Below, piece by piece: positions 56,631-64,000 of a stretch of 64,000 nucleotides of DNA. Each line of letters starts with the position of its first letter. Position 1 is the stretch's first letter. The position numbers were made by a program, and so were the translations under genes. The notes under the pieces were generated by a model. The model worked only from the letters and a program-made list of their open reading frames with translations. It did no database searches and was not told where the DNA came from. The DNA comes from Octopus sinensis (taxonomy: Eukaryota), in NCBI RefSeq assembly GCF_006345805.1, contig NC_043023.1:18166001-18230000 (forward strand). Reading direction: 5' to 3'.

Positions 56631-57021
56631 ACTCTTTTACTCTCTTTTACTTGTTTCAGTCATTTGACTGCGGCCATGCTGGAGCACCGCCTTTAGTCGA
56701 GCAACTCGACCCCGGAACTTATTCTTTGTAAGCCCAGTACTTATTCTATCGGTCTCTTTTGCCGAACCGCTAAGTAACGGGGACGTAAACACACCAGCAT
56801 CGGTTGTCAAGCAATGCTAGGGGGACAAACACACACATACATACATATATATATATATACATATATACGACAGGCTTCTTTCAGTTTCCGTCTACCAAAT
56901 CCACTCACAGGGCATTGGGCGGCCCGGGGCTATAGCAGAAGACACTTGCCCAAGATGCCACGCAGTGTGACTGAACCCAGAACCATGTGGTTGGTTAGCA
57001 AGCTACTTGCCACACAGCCAC
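56631..57021 (-). mobile_element. SINE family 1, antisense
   Basis: Reverse-complement arrangement of the 12756 copy. Confidence 0.9.
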
Positions 57022-57094
57022 TATATATATATGAAGGAAGCAGGAATACGGAGAAGTGCTTATGAACAACAACTGACTTACATCAATAGGTAAT

Positions 57095-57760
57095 ACACCG
57101 GTAGTGTGATGGATTCGGAAAGAGTTAGATGAGTCTAAAGATATTTAGAAAGATACGGCACATCGAAAAACTCATTCTGATCGTTGTGATAAGAAAAAGA
57201 ACTCCTCAGTTTGTCGGTGAGATCCAATCAAAGATTGACTACAATCCCTCCAAGTCAATCAGGTCCATCTCCAGGGATAAGAGAATATCTGAGTTTCTTA
57301 TAAGGCAGGTGGAGTATGAAGACATTCGGCATTTGTCATGCAAGATGGGAAAGGGCAAATTTTTAGGTCAAGCCATCAACGACAAAAGGAAAGATCGCCC
57401 TACGTAGCTTTTGAACAAACTCAAGCATCCCCCTGAAACATGCTTTTGTTTTTCTCAGACAAGAAAATTTTCTGCCAGGATCAGATGTTTAACACACAGA
57501 AAAACCCTAGGTTTGCCGTGTCCCCAAATCATGTACAGAGAGTGATAAAAATCAAATATACAATCAACATCATGGTGCTTGGGGTGATCACTGGCGATGG
57601 TGACGTTATGCCTCCATTCATCTTCCCACACAGCCTCAGACTCCACACCGAAGCCTACATCAAGTGCCTACAGGTGGTAGAGATGCCCTGGTTGAGGAGG
57701 ATGGCTGCTGGAAGAATCTATGTCTGGCAAAACCTTCAGGAGAACCTTGTTATGGCTGTC
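57095..57760 (+). mobile_element. Tc1/mariner transposase remnant
   Basis: NPSKSIRSISRD (HTH), FFSDKKIFCQDQ, IMVLGVITGDGDVMPPFIF, YVWQ. Confidence 0.85.
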
Positions 57761-58326
57761 GGGCAATATCTGCGACCACATCACAACCACCGCCGCCATC
57801 ATCATTATCAACGTCTCCGTCTTTCTCATCATCACCGTTATCGTGTTTTACTTATTTTCATATTTATCTACCATCAACATCGTCTGCTTCAACATTATCC
57901 TCTTCATCATCAACATCATCCATTAGCATAAAACATCACGATCAGAGGCACAACGCCATTCCCATCGTCGCCAGCAGAAGCAGAACCACTAAACTCATTA
58001 TCCACAATATCATATTTATCATCACAATAAGCATGCTAATTAACATAATTAGCAGGATAATCACCGTTAACAACATCAGGCCTCGTTATCACGATCATAA
58101 CATCAGCATCATCAACACTGCCATCATATTTTCGTGTCCTCCCCTTCTTCATCATATACTTCACTATCACACCCACCACCATCATTATCCCCATCATCAG
58201 CATCCAATTTATCATCATCGTAATCTACTCTGCATCTCTTCTATATTCCATTTCTTTAAACATGATATTTAATATTCTCTCACAGATCTGATCCATATAA
58301 GTTCTTAACTAACTTTTCTTTTGCAG

Positions 58327-58398
58327 GTATTTGGATGGTAATGAAATGAAGGAAATCAGTGGAGAATTATTCCAATATCTTTCAGGCTTAAAATCGCT
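58327..58398 (+). CDS. LRR exon 9 (type A): YLDGNEMKEISGELFQYLSGLKSL
   Basis: CTAAC + TTGCAG| 72 nt |GTAAGT. Confidence 0.92.
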
Positions 58399-59196
58399 GT
58401 AAGTTGAATAATTCGTGGTTATTGTATTTCATTGAAGATACATTTCTAAATATGTAATGATGCCCATATTTCATTTTTAACTCTCTCACCCGTCCTTCTC
58501 TATACTATCACACCCTCTCGTTCACTCTCCCTCTCTCTATTTATCTCTGTCTCTCTCTCTCTGTCTCTCTCTCTCTGTCTCTCTCTCTCTTTGGTGCTGT
58601 ATGTAATTGTTTATGAGTAATTGTGGATCTGGATGTGAGCCTAAGTGTTGGAACATATGAGAGTGTGATACTTTAGGGAAAGTATTTTTCTGCACATGTG
58701 TTCATATACACATGTATAAATATGTCTATGTATATACATGTATATATATATAATTTACAAAATAAATTTTAATGCCAAATATGCCGAAAAAAAGAAAAAA
58801 TTGTCAATAACCATTATAATTTATGCGTCTCGAAATAAACCGATAGAAATTTCTAAAAAATCCGTGTTTACCGTATTGGTCCCAATTTCGGGGTTAATTC
58901 ATAAGAAATGTCCCTTCTTCAGCGATAAATACGTGCGATATATATGAAATACTTACTCATACCCATGGAAAAAGCAAGCACTAAGTCCTGAGCACAGCGA
59001 TTGACAACAGATGGCGGTGTATTTAATTCCCTGTAACTTAGCGGCTCGGCAAAAGATACCGAGAGAATAAGTACTAGACATCCAAAACATATGTCCTGGG
59101 GTCGATTTGCTCGACTAAAGGCGGTGCTCCAGCATGGACAGTCAAACGATTGAAACAAGTTAAAGTGTAAAGAGTATATATACATACATACATATA

Positions 59197-59376
59197 TTTT
59201 TTCAGAGAAAAAAATTCCATCAATGGCCAGCATATCAAAAAATACCTTTAAATGTTAAATTTATTTATAAGTTACAAAATTATTTTGTAAATTATTTTGT
59301 ATATTATTTATAAATTTAACATTTAAAGGTAATTTTTGATATGCTGGCAATGGATAAATTTTTTTCTCTGAAAAAT
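59197..59376. repeat. ~180-bp AT-rich palindrome / fold-back element
   Basis: TTTTCAGAGAAAAAAATTCCAT...CCAGCATATCAAAAAATACCTTTAAATGTTAAATTTAT mirrored by ATAAATTTAACATTTAAAGGTAATTTTTGATATGCTGG...TCTCTGAAAA. Confidence 0.85.
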
Positions 59377-59392
59377 TTTTGTCCTACATTAG

Positions 59393-59451
<59 letters not shown>

Positions 59452-59455
59452 ATAC

Positions 59456-59503
<48 letters not shown>

Positions 59504-59527
59504 ATATATATACACATATATATACAT

Positions 59528-59579
<52 letters not shown>

Positions 59580-59584
59580 TGTAT

Positions 59585-59633
<49 letters not shown>

Positions 59634-60444
59634 TATATGTATGTATATATATATATATATATGTATGTATATATATATATGTATGTATATATGTTTAGAA
59701 ATGTTTCTATACTGTGACGCTTTCCGTACCACTATATTTCAAAATCAACGTTTTCTTTAAATTATATATATACATATATACATGCGTGTGAGTGTATACG
59801 TGTGTATGTATGTATAAATATGCTTGCATACACACATGCACACAAGCACACACACACATACACATATATCTATATATCTGTCTCTCCGTATATGAATGAG
59901 TGGTTGGGGGTGTCTCAACCAACATCTTTATGTAATTCAGTCTCTATATCAGGTAAAGGTTTTCTCTCCAGATCAGCGCTGTCTACCATCCCACACTTAC
60001 CCTGGCAGCCTGGCACTTGTATATAGAAAACTACATTATTCATATTATCATTTCTTCTTCTCCTTCTCCTTCTTCTTCCATTTCTTGTCCTTCTTCTTCT
60101 TCTTCTCCTTCTTTTATATCTTCTTCTTCTTCTCCTTCTTTTATATCTTCTTCTACTCCTTCTTCTATATCTTCTTCTTCTTCTACTCTTCTTCTTCTTC
60201 TTCTTCTTCTTCTTCTTTATCTTTCTTCGTTTTTGTTCGTTTTTATTTTCTTCTATAACTTTTTAATTTTCTTTTTTCTACTGTTTTCCCTACTTCTTCC
60301 TTCGCTCCCCCTTCATATTCGTTCTTCTCAAGCTCCTTATATCCGTTTACATTCCTTACCTTACATCTAATTTCCTTCGCCATAGTATTAAATCTTTATC
60401 ATATTTTCTATATGTCTTTTTATGAGCTGCATCTTACGTTACAG

Positions 60445-60516
60445 GTATCTGGATAACAGTAACATGATGTATATTCAACCTGGTGTCTTTGAAAATCTTC
60501 CGAATTTAGAAAAATT
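60445..60516 (+). CDS. LRR exon 10 (divergent): YLDNSNMMYIQPGVFENLPNLEKL
   Basis: TTACAG| 72 nt |GTGAGT; canonical N position is S. Confidence 0.88.
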
Positions 60517-60754
60517 GTGAGTGGGGTGACTTTTTATCGTACTATCTAATTCCCCGTATATCTTTAAATTTATTTCCTCATTCTCTCTTCCTCTCTATCT
60601 AACATACTTACTTTCACTCTCTCGCTTTCTCTCTCGCTATAGTTTTCTCCATAGTTTCTCTCAGTGTGGCTGAATGTGTTTTTGTGAAAGTAATATCTTT
60701 CTTCTACACTTCATGTTCTTTGTTTTGTAAACATTCGTTTACCTTGCTTGTTTC

Positions 60755-61035
60755 TTCTCAAGCCACGCCTGGCTCATAAGGGCCTGTTTCCCGGTTTCCT
60801 TGGCGTATAGGTTCCCCACTTTGACGGGACGCCGGTCCGTCGCAGGTGAGCTGCAAGATGCAGGAGGAAAGAGTGAGAGAAAGTTGTGGCGAAAGAGTCA
60901 GCAGAAGTTCGCCATTACCTTCTACCGGAGCCGAATGGAGCTTAGGTGTTTCGCTCATAAACACACACATCACCCGGTCTGAGATTCGAACCCGCAATCC
61001 CTCGACCGCGCTAACAACTAGGCCATGTGCCTCCA
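60755..61035 (-). mobile_element. tRNA-derived SINE family 3-like
   Basis: Minus strand GGTTCGAATCTC box B-like; body similar to 21876 copy. Confidence 0.65.
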
Positions 61036-61243
61036 CATTCGTTTACCTAACGAATACTCATCACATATCGTTCACCTTCCTGTTCTTTATCTTCTTCATC
61101 TTCTTCCTTTTCCTGCTTCCCTTCCTAAACTTCCTACCAGCACCAACTCCACTTTACTTATTCTACAACTACTATTATTACCAGAACTACTAGTATTAAA
61201 CACCTCTCCGCGTTGTTTTACCAACTAACTTTTTATGTTACAG

Positions 61244-61315
61244 ATATTTGGGAGGAAATCATATCAAGAAAATTCAAATAGGATCCTTCGATAATCTGCG
61301 CAATTTAAAATATCT
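61244..61315 (+). CDS. LRR exon 11 (type B): YLGGNHIKKIQIGSFDNLRNLKYL
   Basis: CTAAC + TTACAG| 72 nt |GTAAGT. Confidence 0.93.
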
Positions 61316-62236
61316 GTAAGTTGGATAAATCTTGTTGATATCTCATTAACGATATATTACTATTTCGTTTTTGGATTTGGTTTGCAAGATTCTTTATATG
61401 AGTTCGTGTGTTGAAGCATATTTTGTTGTGTCTGGGGAGAGTCATTTTCTTTTTGTGCCTTATAATCTAACACACTCACCGGTAAAATTTCCACTTATTT
61501 CTTATTTGCAAGACGCAACGAAAATTTTAGGAAAATAATAATACAAAAAGAAAATGACTCTCCCCAGACACAACAGAATATATTAGTAAATATTTAAAGT
61601 CTTCCCATTTTGTTTCGCATCCCGTCCTTCGCTCTCTTTACATTCTCTCTCTTTTTCGATAGAAATCCGTGATTGTTTGCGAATGTCTGTAAATAGGTGT
61701 CTGTGAGTGACGTGAATATGTGTATTGACATGTATAACATTTCGTGTATGTATGTTTATACGTCTGTGTCTTTGTGTATGAGTGAATGTATACGAATTAT
61801 CGATTTGCGTTTGTATCTCTACCTGAATATCATTTACTGTGCGCATCTCTAGATCGACGATTATTACCATCCATGACTCTCCTTTTTAATTACATATTCA
61901 AGAGTATATTGTAATGACATTTTTCAACCCCTTCCAACTATTATTGATCTTCTTCTTCTTTTCTTCTTCTTCTTCTTCTTCTTCTTCTTCTTCTTCTTCT
62001 TCTTCTTCTTCTTCTTCTTCTTCTTCTTCTTCTTCTTCTTCTTCTTCCAATTCATCTTCTTCTCCTTCCAATTCTTTTTCTACTTGATCCGCTTATCTTA
62101 TAACATTTTCGAATATATTTCCGTAAGGATTTGACACAGATATCTCTCTCTGACCTCTCATGTTAGGAAAGTCAAAGGGGGCCCGCCACGTCAAAACTGT
62201 AGAGGAATAGGACCGAGACCAGATATGGTTCCTCCT

Positions 62237-62336
62237 NNNNNNNNNNNNNNNNNNNNNNNNNNNNNNNNNNNNNNNNNNNNNNNNNNNNNNNNNNNNNNNN
62301 NNNNNNNNNNNNNNNNNNNNNNNNNNNNNNNNNNNN
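62237..62336. other. Assembly gap (100 N, probably unknown size)
   Basis: Run of exactly 100 N. Confidence 0.99.
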
Positions 62337-62359
62337 AGGGCGCATTTATTATTTAAAAA

Positions 62360-62570
62360 GGCAGCGAGCTGGCAAATCCGTTAGCACGCCGGGCGAAATG
62401 CGTAGCCGTATTTCTTCTGCCGTTACGTTCTGAGTTCAAATTCCGGCGAGGTCGACTTTGCCTTTCATCCTTTCTGGGTCGATAAATTAAGCACCTACGT
62501 CATAACCTTTGTCTGTTATAGTTTGTTTGTCCTCTCTGTGTTTAGCCCCTTGTGAGTAGGAAAGAAATAG
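62360..62570 (+). mobile_element. SINE family 2
   Basis: Family 2 consensus. Confidence 0.88.
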
Positions 62571-62619
62571 GTATCAAAAGGCTTCAGGACTAGTTATATT
62601 TAATAGATAAAAAATTATG

Positions 62620-63340
62620 TATTTACAAAGGTTTTAACATCATCCCCTTCGAAATAGTTACCTTGCGCAGCAATACAAGTGCCGGGTCCCAGCGTTCCTG
62701 CCACTCATGGAATCAGGCCTTCTGTTACTCGATCTGGATCTTGACAGCAGTGTTAAAACGGCGACCTTTCAGCTAAACTTTCATGTTGGGGAAGAGGTGA
62801 CAGTCCGCAGGTGCTGAATCTAGCGAATAGGGCGCCTGTAGGAGCGATACCATGTTGGTTTTAGCAAGTAACTTAGAAGTGAGGTGATCTCGAGTGACAG
62901 GGTGGATTGTCCACGTGAAGAACCAATTCTTCGTGATCCACAGAATTTCGATTTCACTGAAAGTCCTCTTTCAAACACTTCAAAACATCGAAGTAGAATT
63001 TTCGATTGACGGTCAAGCCCTGGGAGATGAATTTTCGATTCACAATAGCACGTTGTGATATATCGTGGAAGGTTTTTCAGATTTCTCATTGTCTTACAGG
63101 GAGGTTCTCCTGCTTTTGAAGCGCCCGTGACACTAGAAACATTGCATGTGACCCGTTGCCTCGTCCCCGTAAACTTGCCAAATTATGCTCAATGTCTCTG
63201 TAACAGACGTTGCAAGATTAATGCAAAAGTTCACGTTAGTTCATTGTTCCTGTCCATGACAAAATCTCAAGCTACAGAATATACGATATTATATGCTGTA
63301 GTTCGCCAGTTGTCACACAAATGTCACAACTAACGAAACA
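62620..63340 (-). mobile_element. Mariner transposase remnant
   Basis: Minus strand LHVDNPPCH...APYSLDSAPADCHLFPNMK...LKGRRF (PYSPDLAPxD motif). Confidence 0.8.
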
Positions 63341-63419
63341 CACACATCGATTTAACTCAGCATCCTACCTCATGAAGGTCGCACCTCGCTCTCACTGGGA
63401 ACGCAACCCTGTGCTGCCA

Positions 63420-63790
63420 TCTGTTGGTGCACTACGGAACTAGTTCTAGAAAGTTTTTGATTCTGAGACCCCCTTCGGCCACGACACAGACCATGGGATT
63501 ACACCTAGAAAGTTACCCTCCCAGGCACAAGTCCGGGCAAGGTTGTTTATGGAAGACCAACAGTCGCCCATGCATAACAACCTCCCCTCTCCACGCCACC
63601 AGTTTTATCCAAGAAAAGGGCAAAGGGGCCGATGCAGCTTGGCATCTGTGACGTCGCAACTCATTTCTACAGCTGAGTGAACTGGAGCAACGTGAAATAA
63701 AGTGTCTTGCTCAAGAACACAACACGCAGCCCGGTCAGGGATTCGAGCTCACAACCTCACGCTCTAACCACTGATCCATGCGCCTTCAGA
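63420..63790 (-). mobile_element. tRNA-derived SINE with CORE-like segment
   Basis: Minus strand GAGCTCGAATCCC box B-like then GTGTTCTTGAGCAAGACACTTTATTTCAC. Confidence 0.6.
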
Positions 63791-63864
63791 TAACTTTTTG
63801 ATAACATTACATATTAGACTCTTCTCTTGAAGGAATTTGTTTATTTAATGACTTCTATTTTCAG

Positions 63865-63993
63865 GTAAAACAAAATTCCAGCGCCAAAGCAAATACTACA
63901 ATTATCAGCAATATTATTGCCGCAAATGTTCCCAACGTTCAAATAATGGACCTTGACCAACCAGTAACCATATCGGTCGGCTTAACAGAAAAG
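63865..63993 (+). CDS. Exon encoding GAIN-B-like segment of an adhesion GPCR: VKQNSSAKANTTIISNIIAANVPNVQIMDLDQPVTISVGLTEK
   Basis: TTTTCAG| 129 nt, open, phase 0/0 |GTAACA; pattern S-x-I-I-A-A-x-V...I-x-D-L-x-x-P-V-x-I matches the strands preceding the GPS motif in GAIN domains. Confidence 0.75.
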
Positions 63994-64000
63994 GTAACAG

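Noticed and set aside
42901-61315. Regularly recurring ~72-nt units as a CRISPR-like array
   Set aside because: Eukaryotic context; units are spliceable exons separated by kb-scale introns, with no cas genes

Overview
Repeat-dense, AT-rich animal DNA; the SINE families and microsatellite load suggest an octopus/coleoid cephalopod (inference). No prokaryotic features. The main host gene is on the + strand. A signal-peptide + LRRNT exon (33224-33405) is followed by eleven intact 72-nt phase-2/phase-2 exons that each encode one 24-aa leucine-rich repeat (42901-61315), plus one dead LRR pseudo-exon (53077-53149). After a 100-N assembly gap, a phase-0 exon (63865-63993) resembles the GAIN-B region of adhesion GPCRs. 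The LRR cassettes show exon+intron duplications of several ages, mostly non-synonymous divergence at concave-face positions, a conserved intronic 14-mer behind most donors and strand-biased (TTC)n tracts. The first coding intron holds a young Penelope-like retroelement with inverted/tandem terminal structure. Upstream are Tc1/mariner, RTE, R4-like, Gypsy and PLE remnants, many tRNA-derived SINEs, a 1.45-kb tandem duplication, and a candidate type I hammerhead ribozyme (7022-7099) inside a ~458-bp direct-repeat unit. Most long ORFs in the supplied track are microsatellite artefacts. Exon coordinates were read base by base; TE boundaries are approximate.
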